A stretch of DNA of 64,000 nucleotides from Macrostomum lignano. Lineage: Eukaryota. Position 1 is the stretch's first letter. Each line of letters opens with the position of its first letter. The stretch lies in assembly GCA_002269645.1 (NCBI GenBank), contig NIVC01001016.1, positions 1 through 64,000 of the forward strand, given 5' to 3'. The position numbers and the translations under genes were made by a program. The notes under the pieces were generated by a model. The model saw only the letters and a program-made list of their open reading frames with translations. It was not told the DNA's origin and ran no database searches. Positions 37,491 through 50,378 of the stretch are shown piece by piece.

Positions 37491-38169
37491 GTCTGTGTCT
37501 GTGTCTGTCTGTCTGTCTGTCTTTCTTTCTGTCTGTCTGTCTCTCTTTCTGTCTGTCTGTCTGCCTCTCTGTCTGTCTGTCTATCTATCTATAGCCACTG
37601 TCCATACCCCACTGCAGGACCCCGAAGACCCCGGAGCTGTCATTTGGTTCCGCAGCCACGCCCGCACCGCTGCACTCGGCGGCGGCAACGGCAGTGGCGG
37701 AGTTCTCCAGCTTCTGCAATCGGCAGCTTCATCAGCAGCAGCCGCAGCCCCCGCGGTACCCGGTCCCAGCCAGCTGACCCCGGCGGCTGCTGCAGCCTCT
37801 GTGGCGGCCTTCCTCGAACGTCAGGTGGCTGCTGCCCGCGCTCTGGAGTCGCCCGCGGAGCTGCGGCACTGGCTGGGGCTGTACGCTCGGCACCTGGCTG
37901 CTAGCGGCCTGGAGACCCGCCTGCGGGCTCTGTGCGAGGACCTCCTGCTGGGCTGCGGCGCCGTCCTGCCTTCGGCTGCCGGTTCGACCGCCGCCGCTTC
38001 CGCCAGCAGTGTGCTGGGGCTCAGCAAGCGGAGCCTCCTGTGCGACCTCGTGCTGCCTGCCTTCGCGCTGAACCTCGGCTTGCAGCGGCTCTTCCAGGAG
38101 GTCCGGCAACGACTCGACTTGTTTGCTGGCGAGGCTGGCGGTGTGCAAATGCATCCGCTGATGCAGTGA
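32074..38169 (+). CDS. HIRA: Histone H3.3 chaperone HIRA, about 1054 aa
   Basis: Exons 32074-32676, 33222-33587, 34853-35157, 35660-36566, 36834-37265 and 37618-38169 total 3165 nt with matching phases. [24 protein letters not shown]40 start, [31 protein letters not shown]-domain DGKRRITP, C-terminal HFLERQV-like...LRALCEDLL. Confidence 0.93.
32755..33130. repeat. Degenerate about 25-nt repeat in HIRA intron 1
   Basis: CCACTGATTGACCCATATCGTTGAC in about 4 clean and several decayed copies. Confidence 0.7.
33598..34852. repeat. 24-nt minisatellite, about 52 copies, forming almost all of HIRA intron 2
   Basis: Unit AAACCTACCTGAGAATCGCCCCAT; the last unit is the splice acceptor. Confidence 0.95.
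35207..35612. repeat. 24-nt minisatellite, about 17 copies, in HIRA intron 3
   Basis: Unit CTAGTGAGTGATTCACCCCATAAT. Confidence 0.95.
36693..36800. repeat. (AGT/AGC)n microsatellite in HIRA intron 4
   Basis: Direct reading. Confidence 0.9.
37271..37592. repeat. (TGTC)n microsatellite in HIRA intron 5
   Basis: Direct reading; starts 5 nt after the donor at 37266. Confidence 0.95.
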
Positions 38170-38458
38170 CCCCCTCCGATCTGCTGCAGTGACCCCTTTC
38201 TAATCTGCTGCAGTGACCCCCTCCAATCTGCTTCAGTGACCCCCTCCGATCTGCTGCAGTGACCCCCTCCAATCTGCTGCAGTGACCCCCTCCAATCTGC
38301 TTCAGTGACCCCTTCCAATCTGCTGCAGTGACCCCCTCCAATCTGCTTCAGTGACCCCTTCCAATCTGCTGCAGTGACCCCCTCCAATCTGCTTCAGTGA
38401 CCCCCTCCAATCTGCTGCAGTGACCCCTTCCAATCTGCTGCAGTGACCCCTCCAGTCT
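38163..38458. repeat. 23-nt minisatellite, about 13 copies, beginning at the HIRA stop codon
   Basis: Unit GCAGTGACCCCCTCCAATCTGCT; the first unit contains the terminal CAG TGA. Confidence 0.9.
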
Positions 38459-38929
38459 GCATGTGGAGAGGTTGAGCTAGTCATAAGAAGTGGTTCCTAC
38501 TCATTCACCCGTTAGCCAAAGCAGCTCCTGTCGTTTAATGTGTAAGGTGCTGATTTGTCTCTTGTTTAACTAACTGCATAATCTGCTATTTGCTAATATA
38601 ATGTACTTTTGTTCAATGTTTTATATTCTGATCGTTCTTTATTACTAAAATTATTAAATGCGACAGTCGGTTTTACACCGTGCTTTGATTCAAATTAAAT
38701 TGTATTCGTTTTTTATCCCCCCCCGCGAATCGCCTGAACCCACGCATCTCATTTCACTTTTTGTTACTTTGGTGTACTTTGGACTGCTTGTACTTGCGGT
38801 TCATTTTTACTGACTGACTGAGTGGCGTCTCCGGTAGCATTTATGCTTCTTTAAATAGATACCTATGATGCTGTGCGGCTTTGTCTGCTCAGCTCTATGT
38901 AAACTATGATGTCTGTTGAATTTTATTTG

Positions 38930-39999
38930 ACTCACTTTACTGGCTGATTCACTCACTTGCTCATTCACTCACCCACTGGCTCATTTAATCATTCATTCCC
39001 TCAATTACTGACTCACTCATTCAATCATTCTTTCTTTCACTCATTCTCACTCAGTCATTTACATTTCATTTATTATGAATCAAAGCACGGTGTAAAACCG
39101 ACTCACTCACTCACCCACTTACTCGCTCCTCGTTCACTCACTCATACACTCATTCACTCACTCATTCATGCATTCATTCACTCACTCATTCACTCCCTCA
39201 TTTACTGACTCATTCATTCACTCAGTGACTCACTCGTTCATTCATTCACTCACCCACTCTGACTGACTTGAGTGAGTGGATGACTGACTGACTGACTGAC
39301 TGACTGACTGACTAACTGACTGACTGACTGACTGACTGACTGACTGACTAACTGACTGACTGACTGACTGACTGACTGACTGACTGACTAACTGACTGAC
39401 TGACTGACTGACTGACTGACTGACTGACTGACTAACTGACTGACTGACTGACTGACTGACTGACTGACTAACTGACTGACTGACTGACTGACTGACTGAC
39501 TGACTGACTGACTGACTGACTGACTGACTGACTGACTAACTGACTGACTGACTGACTGACTGACTGACTGACTGACTGACTGACTGACTGACTGACTGAC
39601 TGACTAACTGACTAACTGACTAACTGACTGACTGACTGACTGACTGACTGACTGACTGACTGACTGACTGACTGACTGACTGACTGACTAACTGACTAAC
39701 TGACTGACTGACTGACTGACTGACTGACTGACTGACTGACTGACTGACTGACTAACTGACTGACTGACTGACTTGAGTGAGTGGGTGACTGACTGACTGA
39801 CTGACTGACTGACTGACTTGAGTGAGTGGGTGACTGACTGACTGACTGACTGACTGACTGACTGACTGACTGACTGACTGACTGACTGACTGACTGACTG
39901 ACTGACTGACTGATTGACTGACTGACTGACTGACTGACTGACTGACTGACTGACTGACTGACTGACTGACTGACTGACTGACTGACTGACTGACTGACT
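38930..39999. repeat. (CACT/CATT)n then about 720 bp of (ACTG)n microsatellite between the convergent HIRA and DUF229 3' ends
   Basis: Direct reading. Confidence 0.95.
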
Positions 40000-40276
40000 C
40001 AGTTTACATTTAACCCCACCTCACCAAACCTCAATGAGTAAATGCATAAGCAACTGACTTGTAAGTGAAATTGACTCAAATTGAGCTTGAGTATGATACT
40101 ATAGCAATGTATATTGATTGGCACAAGCGCGATAAAATTATTGCCAAAATGAATTCCACTATACCTAAATTAGGCCTAGCGAGATGCTTTCACAGGATCA
40201 AAATTTCTAAATGTCTCAAGCATCTAAACTCAAGTTAGACTCATGAGACAAGTCACAGCTCACAGGTCAGGTCAGG

Positions 40277-43200
40277 TCACAGCTGATTAGTTAAGCAATA
40301 GCAAAACTTCCTCAGGTGAGGTGCTCGAGTAACGACACAATTGGCCTGGCTTCCGTACTTATTGATCCTCGATGACTCGCCCAGCTGCTCGAAATTCAGG
40401 TGAAATTCTGAGCCTTTTCTGGTCAGCGTGAACTGCACTGTGGCTTCGTACTGCCCTTCGTTAGGCGAAGTCCTGAAACGGCTGGTGACGTAACCGGAGG
40501 CTCGAACCGACAGGTCTGTGGTGGTGAGCGCAAAACGGCCCTCGATTCCGCGCTTCCTCTGAGCCAGGTCGTTGCTGGCCTAATAGAGAACGATGCAATT
40601 CATAGTCTTCAACTGGATTCAATGACTTCTGTAAAAGAGTTTCTGTTTCAACAATAAATCCCTGGACGTATAAAAACAATAAAAATGCGTAAAAAATCCA
40701 AAAGGTCCGCACTTAAAGGCCCAACTCACCCGCGTCACGTCCGCTTCGCCGATGCTGTCAAGCCGCAGCTCGGCGCACGCGTTCCGGAAGCCGGCCGTGG
40801 CGAGGTTCATCTGCGCCACAGCGAACTGAGCAGCTCTCACGGGCAGCTGCTCACTCTCCGGATGTTGCATCTTCTCAGAGCTCAGACACGAGCACCAGTG
40901 AGCCGGGATGCCCGCGTCTGAGCAGCCTCTGGTCTCGGGAACTTCCTCATCGATCAACGAGTACGACCTGAACTTGTCCGCAGCAGCAGCAGCGGTCGCA
41001 TCGGATCCAGCGATGCTCAGCAGAGTCCGGTGAATGTCCGTGGGAATCGTCAGTCGGTTCCGGTTGGTCGCCAGAGTCTGCCGAGCTCGAGGAAGCCGAG
41101 CCTCGAGCTGTCGACTCAGCGCGACTGTCATGAGCGGCAGCGACTCCTCCAGCTTGCCCTGCATCGAGTTCCTCAGCGGCCCGAGTCTCTGTCCGTGGTC
41201 CGACATCAGGATGAGAGTCGTGTTGCTGATGAGGTTCTCGCTGACGAACCACTTCAGGAAGTCGGTCAGCTCAGCGTCCATCGGAGTGAGGTCTTTGCTC
41301 TCGTGAGACAGCGAGCTGAAGAAGCTGAAGGCGAACTTCGGTCGGTCAGGGTACATCGAGAACATGTCCTTGATGGCGGTGAGCATTCTGGCAGGCGCCA
41401 CCTCGTTTCCGATGCAGATGTGATGAGACTGGAGGGCCTCCTGTTTCTGCAGCACCGGTCTCAGGTAGAAGTCGGCGGGCTCGTTCTTGAAGCCCAGGAA
41501 TCTCAGCTGGAAGGTCCCTGAAAGTCGAGAATTACGGGAGATCCGGGATGACTTGCGACATCCAAGAACGACAGTGTACTCACAATCGCAAACTTGTTAG
41601 ACAGCCTCACCAAAGCTGCTGCCCTCCTCTCCATACAGAGTGAGGTAGCCCAGCTCCTTCAGCTTGTGGAAGATGAACTGCATCACCTCATCCAGATGCC
41701 GAGCTCCCTTGAAGCCCCGGCGAGCTTCGGGCATGTCGGACTCCCTCGTCCCGGTGAGGATGGGCACCAGAGCGGCCGGCGTGCCGTCTCCCAGGATGTT
41801 GTACTGCAGGAGGCTGAGCGCTCCCAGCTGTGTTCTCAGCAGACTGCTAGCATTGACGAGAGACCTCAGACTCTCGAGTCGGGAGAGCGAGTCAAGTCCC
41901 AGAATGATGATACTGTCCCGCTTGGCGTCGCCTGGCCTCAGTGGGGGCAGCTGGGAGTCCCGCAGTCTCCTGGTCCCGTAGTACACGGAGCTGTGCTTCG
42001 TGCCGTCTGGCGACCTGCAGGACGCCCGGAAGCCCAGGCTGGGCAGCTCGCTGCCGTTTCTGATTGGCTGAGCGCTGCCGAACTTGCTGGTGTGATCGTC
42101 GAGTCTGAGCACGGGCTCTGCTGAGCAGTTGGCCGCTGCAAACTGGCTGAGCAGCTGCACTCTGGACTGCGACACCCGCAGCCAGTTGGGGCTGCCCCGC
42201 TTGCTGCACAGGTCGGCCGGGATGACGGCGGGCCTTCGATCTCTGATGAACCGGCTGTACAGCTGCAGGTCCGGTGGTGTGCACCTGCTTGAGCCGTTCG
42301 TCTCCTTCGGCAAGCTGCAGTTGTTCGTTTGCGAGAATTAACAAAAAGCTTGATATGTGACTCTATGCGTTGATGTATATGCAGGTGCTCGGATAACTCC
42401 GCTATTTGTGTTTTACCGGGTCAATTCACATTTTGCGCAAACTATTTAACAAATAATTTTGAGTGAACAGTGAAGCTTTCTAGAGATATTTGGACAGTAA
42501 TAGCATTTGCACAGCTTATAAATTGCATCAATTTTCATCAAATGGTATTCTACATTTGTTAGTTTTTTCGTTAGAATTTGAGTAGCTATCTTGCCCGTTT
42601 CATTTCCTATCTTGAGGGTTTATGAGGCTTAGGCCTCTTGCATGGCCTTCTTATCGCGCTGACAGCGTGAGTTGCTTGTATCAATAATTCACCGCATCCT
42701 GCTATGTTCTTTATGGCCCTTTCTCATTAACCTTGCGGAAATCAAAAAATCTGAAACCGAGTAAGGCGCGAGGCGAAGATAAGGTCAGGAAGAGAAGGGG
42801 TAATTCAACCATAGACTAAATTCTGGTGACTAAAGCTAGCAGCGGACACAAGTAAGTAGAAAGGAGAGAAAAGTAGAGTAAAGGAGACATGGACGCTATA
42901 TGGAGCTGGTGTTGAATGCAGTGACATTCGAAAGTTGCCAAGCCAGTGGACGCCAACATGCTGAGCACATTGCTGAAATTAAATCGTTTACCAGGACTCA
43001 AGTTGATGTCAGTTATATAAATTCTGACCATAGACTACGCTAAGGTGAGAACTAGCTCCTACGAAAAGGAAAGGCCTAGTTAAATACGCCATTAATTCGG
43101 TTTTAGTAGTTTAAGTATAGTATCACACGCGATAATAAATCGTTCTATGGAAAAGAAAGTCCGAGGATGCGTTTTTATGAGGCCGAGGCCAGATAATAGC

Positions 43201-45645
43201 GCCCGAGGGCTTTCAACCATAGAACGATCTTTTTATTGCGTGTGATAAAATTTAACCCCCAATAAACTGATGCATTTTTCATTGAGGGTTTTAACCACAG
43301 ACAAAATGTCAGCGATGAGAGACCTATCCGACTTGGTATTGGTTTTAACAATCAATATGAGAAAATGGACAATCAAAATGAAAACAGCCGTAGATCTGCA
43401 TGCAGCAGCTCAGCTCAGCTTCGCAGCAGCTGCGGCTTAGGCCATAGACTTTTTGACGATCGAAATGAGAATTGGACAATCAAAATGGCAACGGGAGCAG
43501 TGTGCGCGTTTATTTGAATGAAATTTTAACAATAGAAACGAGAAATTGACAACAGAAATGGCAACACAGTCAGAAAAATGATCTATTGCCTCGATCTATT
43601 GCCTCGATGAGCCGACGTCTGTCATCTGAACTCACAGGTGGTGCCATCACCAGCAAACTGGAGAGATGGCTGAGAAAGATGGCTGGCTAATGCTTAAATG
43701 TGCTGCCTCGCTAAACTAACCGCGCGTTGCCATTTTGATTGTCCAATTCTCATTTCCATCGTCAAAAGTCTATGGCCTAAGCCGCGGCTGCTGCGAAGCT
43801 GAGCTGAGCTGCTGCATGCAGATCTACGGCTGTTTTCATTTTGATTGTCCATTTTCTCATATTGATTGTCAAAACCAATATTACCAGCATGCAGATAGTC
43901 CAAACCAGATCGGATCGTAGTTACCAGCAGAGTAACAGAAAATTTTGAAGATTTCTCAAAATTTGGCTGTTTTGACGATTTTTCAACGAAATTTCATCGT
44001 CTAGCGTTGTATATTCACAGTCTAGCACCATTTCTGTGTCCACATCAAGTGCATCTCATAGTGGTCGCTTTGCCAATTTGTCTTCTGACAATATTGAGTA
44101 GAATATTCAATCCGCCATTCCTGATGGCACTAGGCACAAGGAACAATAGGCTCTAGCCGTGTTCAACGAATAGAGAACTGTTCGTCGGGACAGCATACTT
44201 CGAGGTACATGTAAGACTATCGTCCTGTTGGTGCTTCGTGAATTAGAGGAATGGTCACCCGGTGATTGGAATTTTTCGATGAAGAGGTTCTTCCTTAAAG
44301 TGCGTAAGAAGGATTTATGTAATTACAATGCGAGCACTGTGAAGGATTTTTCGCTATGCTTCAGCACCATGTCACTTTTGTTCTTAAAAAAGAGTACTCG
44401 TTCTGGAAGGACCCACCATTTGCCAATCAAGGATGTCGTTCATGTTTTAAATTTATCACTTTTCGTCACTGTTATTCTTTAAAAGTTAGTTTAAAATGAT
44501 AGAGATTGCTATTCATGATGGTTTCGTTTCAAACATACATTTCGTCTCTCAGTCTCGAAAACCGGTCCTTGGAAATCTTTTCTCAGGCCTGGTCTTTAGG
44601 CCTGAGAACAAATTTCACTTGAATCTTGACCATAGCTAGACTGGGACTTCCATGTGAAAAGAAGAGCCAGACTGGGACTTCCATGTGAAAAGAAGAGCCT
44701 GACTGGGACTTCCATGTGAAAAGAAGAGCCTGACTGGGACTTCCATGTGAAAAGAAGAGCCAGACTGGGACTTCCATGTGAAAAGAAGAGCCAGACTGGG
44801 ACTTCCATGTGAAAAGAACAGCCAGACTGGGACTTCCATGTGAAAAGAACAGCCAGACTGGGACTTCCATGTGAAAAGAACAGCCAGACTGGGACTTCCA
44901 TGTGAAAAGAACAGCCAGACTGGGACTTCCATGTGAAAAGAACAGCCTGACTGGGACTTCCATGTGAAAAGAAGAGCCAGATTAAAGGTCCGACGAACCC
45001 AAAACTGGGGGTTAACTAGCAATCTGGTGCCCCAAGGGCACCCAATAAGCAAGGGGACAAAAATTATTTATGTGAATTCTATTTGTCTTGACGCCTAAGC
45101 AATTTCCCTAGTAAGCCTACTATAAGCCTTGACTTATAGCTTCAGAATTTATGCAGAGAATGTCTGCAGCTGCATATACAGTTTCTCCAGGCTTATGTTA
45201 AAACTAATAGACAAAGAATTTTGAACTTATGAGCTGCACTCACCTCAATTGAATTTCTTCGAAATCTGTCGCAGTGATTTTGGAACCGGTCGAAAACTTG
45301 CGAGCTCTGCAAGCCAATTATTCACAGGTGAGGTTGTGATAGCTGTTTTTCTGGGTCATTTCTGAGTAAATTTGCTGTGACTCTCAGCAGAATAACTGAA
45401 TTAGTCGGAAATAGGCATCTGTTAAAAGTTATAAAAGTTAATTCTGAAAATCGCTTTTAAGTCCAAGCGCTCAGACACCTGAAATCTGCTGACCTGAATT
45501 TTTCCAACTGAGCAAACTCGTCACCTCGGCTGTCAATCGGCGCGGCTCCTCTAAATTTTCTGGTCAGGTCGGCTGCTGCAAGCAGAGCCAGCGCCAAGCC
45601 GCACAGCAGGAGCACCGCCCTGACTGACTTTCTTCTGCACACCAT
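40277..45645 (-). CDS. DUF229 (alkaline-phosphatase-like fold) type II membrane protein, about 648 aa
   Basis: Exons 45645-45494, 42314-41611, 41517-40730 and 40579-40277 total 1947 nt with matching phases. N-terminal anchor VLLLCGLALALLAAA; IIILGLDSLSR, YNILGDGTP, GF..EPADFYLRP, LILMSDHGQR, GIPAHWCSC, SRINKYGSQANCV...LRKFCYC. The start (45645 vs 45708) and first donor (45493 vs 45478) are uncertain. Confidence 0.88.
43337..43880. mobile_element. Foldback/MITE-like element, about 156-bp inverted arms with a 230-bp spacer, in DUF229 intron 1
   Basis: 43337-43493 is the near-exact reverse complement of 43725-43880; no TSD recognised. Confidence 0.75.
44638..44982. repeat. 31-nt minisatellite, 11 copies
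   Basis: Unit GACTGGGACTTCCATGTGAAAAGAAGAGCCA. Confidence 0.95.
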
Positions 45646-46257
45646 TCTCAACAACCGCAGCCAGGACTTCAGGCTGGCAGACTGGCTCTTGTGCGAGAGT
45701 CCGTGCATCACTTGGAACAGACAGGCAGCAACCAACAGCTTAAGTTTTATCCGCTTAGCTTACCACAAGTTGTACTTGAACTACGCAGGGTAAAGCAGTT
45801 CGGCGGATTTCTAAACCGACCGCAGCTGTGCGTTTCAGCCCAGATCGCAAAGGCTGATAATTGGCTGGGTGTGGACAGAGCCCGCGCCACTCCCAGACCG
45901 GGTTTGGCTGCACGAGAGACAGACCTGCGTTTCGTCTGGTGTTGCTGTATCAGCACACGTACGGAACAGCATTGGCCAGTATTGAAACTCGACACTTCCC
46001 TCATGCAGCCAATTCTTCGTAGCCCTTAACCACTGCAGCAAAAGTTGGAGGCCCAGCCAACGTTGGAAGTGTTACTACATCAGACTTTGGTGTAGTTCCT
46101 TCACTTCTGAATAATGGCGCAATTATGTTAAACACAAGTGCAGGCGGCAAACTACAGTCAACCATATTACTAATGACTGTGTAAAGTATGCATATATTGT
46201 AGCTGTTGGCTTCTCCAAGTATAGCACCATTTGTGGCGATGGGTCACTTGGCTAATG

Positions 46258-47460
46258 ATTTTGAGGCAACAATGCGTCTCTTAGATGATGGATTTTGAGG
46301 CACCGATGAGTCACTAGGATGATGGATTTTGAGGCACCAATGAGTCTCTTGGATGATGGATTTTGAGGCACCAATGAGTCACTAGGATGATGGATTTTGA
46401 GGCACCGATGAGTCACTAGGATGATGGATTTTGAGGCACCAATGAGTCACTAGGATGATGGATTTTGAGGCACCAATGAGTCACTAGGATGATGGATTTT
46501 GAGGCACCAATGAGTCACTAGGATGATGGATTTTGAAACACCAATGCGTCTCTTGGATGATGGATTTTGAGGCACCAATGCGTCTCTTGGATGATGGATT
46601 TAGGGGCACCGATGAGTCACTTTGATGATAGGTTTTGGGACACCAATGAGTCACTTTGATGATGAATTTTAGGGCACCGATGAGTCACTTGGATGATGGA
46701 TTTTGGGGCACCAATGAGTCACTAGGATGATGGATTTTGAAGTACAAATGAGTCACTTGGATGATGAATTTTGGGGCACCAATGAGTCACTTGGATGATG
46801 GATTTTGAGGCACCAATGCGTCTCTTGGATGATGGATTTAGGGGCACCGATGAGTCACTTGGATGATGGATTTTGGGGCACCGATGAGTCACTTTGATGA
46901 TGAATTTTGGGGCACGGATGAGTCACTTGAATGATGGATTTTGGGGCACCAATGAGTCATTTGGATGATAGGTTTTGGGACACCAATGAGTCACTTTGAT
47001 GATGAATTTTGGGGCACGGATGAGTCACTTGAATGATGGATTTTGGGGCACCAATGAGTCATTTGGATGATAGGTTTTGGGACACCAATGAGTCACTTTG
47101 ATGATGAATTTTGGGGCACGGATGAGTCACTTGAATGATGGATTTTGGGGCACGGATGAGTCACTTGAATGATGGATTTTGGGGCACGGATGAGTCACTA
47201 GGATGATGGATTTTGGGGCACGGATGAGTCACTTGAATGATGGATTTTGGGGCACGGATGAGTCACTTGGAAGATGGATTTTGGGGCACCGATGAGTCTC
47301 TTGGATGATGGATTTTGGGGCACCGATGAGTCACTTGGATGCTGGATTTTGGGGCACCAATGCGTCTCTTCAATGATAGGTTTTGGGACACTTGGATGAT
47401 GGATTTCGGGGCACCGATGAGTATCTTAGATGACGGATTTTGAGGCACCAATGAGTCTCG
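46258..47460. repeat. 34-nt minisatellite, about 35 copies
   Basis: Unit GGATGATGGATTTTGAGGCACCAATGAGTCACTA with drifting variants. Confidence 0.95.
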
Positions 47461-47904
47461 GCAATGTGTCAATGATAATTTTCTCGTAAGCTTCAAACAT
47501 ACAGCTAAAATTCGCTGGAAGCACAGCCAAAATTTGTTACAGATTCAAATAGATGCGTAACATCTGGAACAGGAAAGAACATGAATCCGTCGAGTCAAAA
47601 GGGTGCAGATTCGTGCCGGTGGTAAATACATGTAGATACACGGTTTACATGTCTAGTTGGTTATATTCTGCCCATCAACCCAGCAAATACGTTATCTGAT
47701 TTAGTGTTGTGTCCACAGAAATCTGCCCTGTTTGCGACTATTGCAGACAAATATCGCATTTAACTGATTCACATTGATAATTGTATTAACTTGTCAAATT
47801 TAATCGTATTCCATTTAGTAAAAGCAGAATTGCTTACTAAGCTACTGACCCATTTTAAGAAAGCCATTTTTTTCAGTATAATTTGAACACTAATAGAAAA
47901 GTTA

Positions 47905-48938
47905 AGTAGCAGGGGTTGCAGTTGAGTAGCAGGGGTTGCAGTTGAGTAGCAGGGGTTGCAGTTGAGTAGCATCTGGGTTGCAGTTGAGTAGCATCTGGGT
48001 TGCAGTTGAGTAGCAGGGGTTGCAGTTGAGTAGCAGGGGTTGCAGTTGAGTAGCATCTGGGTTGCAGTTAAGTAGCAGGGGTTGCAGTTGAGTAGCAGGG
48101 GTTGCAGTTGAGTAGCAGGGGTTGCAGTTAAGTAGCAGGGGTTGCAGTTGAGTAGCAGGGGTTGCAGTTAAGTAGCAGGGGTTGCAGTTGAGTAGCAGGG
48201 GTTGCAGTTGAGTAGCAGGGGTTGCAGTTGAGTAGCATCTGGGTTGCAGTTGAGTAGCATCTGGGTTGCAGTTGAGTAGCAGGGGTTGCAGTTGAGTAGC
48301 AGGGGTTGCAGTTGAGTAGCATCTGGGTTGCAGTTAAGTAGCAGGGGTTGCAGTTGAGTAGCAGGGGTTGCAGTTGAGTAGCAGGGGTTGCAGTTGAGTA
48401 GCAGGGGTTGCAGTTGAGTAGCATCTGGGTTGCAGTTAAGTAGCAGGGGTTGCAGTTGAGTAGCAGGGGTTGCAGTTGAGTAGCAGGGGTTGCAGTTAAG
48501 TAGCAGGGGTTGCAGTTGAGTAGCAGGGGTTGCAGTTAAGTAGCAGGGGTTGCAGTTGAGTAGCAGGGGTTGCAGTTGAGTAGCAGGGGTTGCAGTTGAG
48601 TAGCATCTGGGTTGCAGTTGAGTAGCATCTGGGTTGCAGTTGAGTAGCAGGGGTTGCAGTTGAGTAGCAGGGGTTGCAGTTGAGTAGCATCTGGGTTGCA
48701 GTTAAGTAGCAGGGGTTGCAGTTGAGTAGCAGGGGTTGCAGTTGAGTAGCAGGGGTTGCAGTTGAGTAGCAGGGGTTGCAGTTGAGTAGCATCTGGGTTG
48801 CAGTTAAGTAGCAGGGGTTGCAGTTGAGTAGCAGGGGTTGCAGTTGAGTAGCAGGGGTTGCAGTTGAGTAGCAGGGGTTGCAGTTGAGTAGCATCTGGGT
48901 TGCAGTTAAGTAGCAGGGGTTGCAGTTGAGTAGCAGGG
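47905..48938. repeat. 20/22-nt minisatellite with an apparent 368-bp higher-order repeat
   Basis: Units AGTAGCAGGGGTTGCAGTTG and AGTAGCATCTGGGTTGCAGTTG; the variant pattern at 48128-48424 recurs about 368 bp downstream. Confidence 0.9.
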
Positions 48939-49955
48939 GTAGATGGGTGACAGGGGCAATACTAAAATTTATTAGCGTAAAGAAGGTTGTGCTACCCAGT
49001 TTTATGACTCGGTTTAAGAGCCAAGCAGTGCATCAGGTAGTCAACTGATCGATAGGGACTTGAAAGTGCTTTACAATTTTCAATCTCATGGGCCTTCGAG
49101 AAATCGTAGAAGCGATTGAAGAAAAATGGGGAGTTTTGTTTAAGCTTGAAGTTTGAAATGAAATGATCGTCCTTTACTGAATTGTGAATATCTGTGATTG
49201 AGGTTGTCAAGGACCACCACCTGCATCGACCAAGGAACCCCTGGCTGCAACTTATAACGAGCCGCCATTCTTTTCGGTGCGTTTTGCAATTCAAAATGGC
49301 TTAACTGAAAAGCGGCATGGGAATGCCATCGACGAGGTATGAAAGAAAATTTTACTTTGGCGCGTCTCTGTCTTCAAGCTGATGTGTCATTCAGCTGTTT
49401 TCTATAGACCAAGCGCCTAGCTTGTGCAAATTTGAAAACATTGCCCTCAATAGAAAATTTTTAACTGAAATTTTACCTTGTAGGATAAGAACAAAATAAA
49501 GTTTTTATCTAGTGGAATGCAAAAGGCTATTATATAATTCAGAATTTGCACTCAAATAAATTGAACTTCTTCGAAGTCTTTCTCAGTGATTTTGGCGCCA
49601 TTTGGAAACGCCTGAGCAGGAAGACGTCCTTGCGAATCGGCTGCTCTGCAAACAGATGTACCCACGGGAGCGAATCGCTTGAAATCATTGACAGATATGA
49701 TATGCAAAACTACGATTATTCTTATGTAGGACTTTGACGAATGCTTTTTATGGTTTCTTTTGATACCTGTGGATCTGGTAGCTTTTTATATTAGCATGTC
49801 AATAAATCTACGAAACCAAGCACACTGCAGCCTGCGCCCTCTTACTGGCTAGCTGCTACTAAATGAACTCGGGAGAAAACATATGCTTCATTAATTGCGA
49901 TTACTACTATTGTATTTATTACACCTGCCCTAATTGGTAGATGTGCAACCGATAG

Positions 49956-50145
49956 CCCAGCCGCAGCTGTTGCGCGGCGCGTCTGAAGACTGCGTGCCAA
50001 TGCTGGCACCCATTTTACAGCTGGGTGAACTGAAGCAATGCAAAGTTAAGTGTCTTGTTCAAGGACACTAATTTTTCCGAGTGGGGTCGGAAATCGAACC
50101 CCCGACCTTTCAGTTGTGAGTTCGACGCTCTTACCACTATAGGCT
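49956..50145 (-). mobile_element. tRNA-derived CORE-like SINE (family 1)
   Basis: Minus strand B box GGGGTTCGATTTCC and CCTTGAACAAGACACTTAAC...TTGCTTCAGTTCACCCAGCTGTAAAATGGG; homologous to 11265-11517. Confidence 0.75.
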
Positions 50146-50226
50146 AAAAACCCTTGTAGAGCTTTTAGAGCCATATTTATATACGGTACAATTTCAAGTG
50201 CTCAGGCATCACCTAAATCTGCTCAC

Positions 50227-50378
50227 CTGAATTTATCCAGCTGAGCAGACTCGTCGCCTAAAATGCCATTTGGCTCAGCTGCCCAGGAACTCCTTGCCAG
50301 ATCGGCTGCAGCAAGCAGAGCCAGCGCCAAACCGCACAGCAGGAGCACCGCCCTGACTGGGCTTCGTCTGTGCAGCAT
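50227..50378 (-). pseudogene. Orphan paralogue of DUF229 exon 1
   Basis: Same 152-nt length as 45645-45494; MLHRRSPVRAVLLLCGLALALLAAADL; intact AG|GTGAGC donor; 49545-49600 resembles 45235-45290. Confidence 0.75.

Noticed and set aside
37270-37617. Hydrophobic VCLS-repeat 'transmembrane' segment in HIRA
   Set aside because: It is a (TGTC)n intron bounded by phase-0 GT-AG sites.
48992-49294. 100-aa minus-strand ORF as a possible exon
   Set aside because: No recognisable domain, start codon or splice partner.
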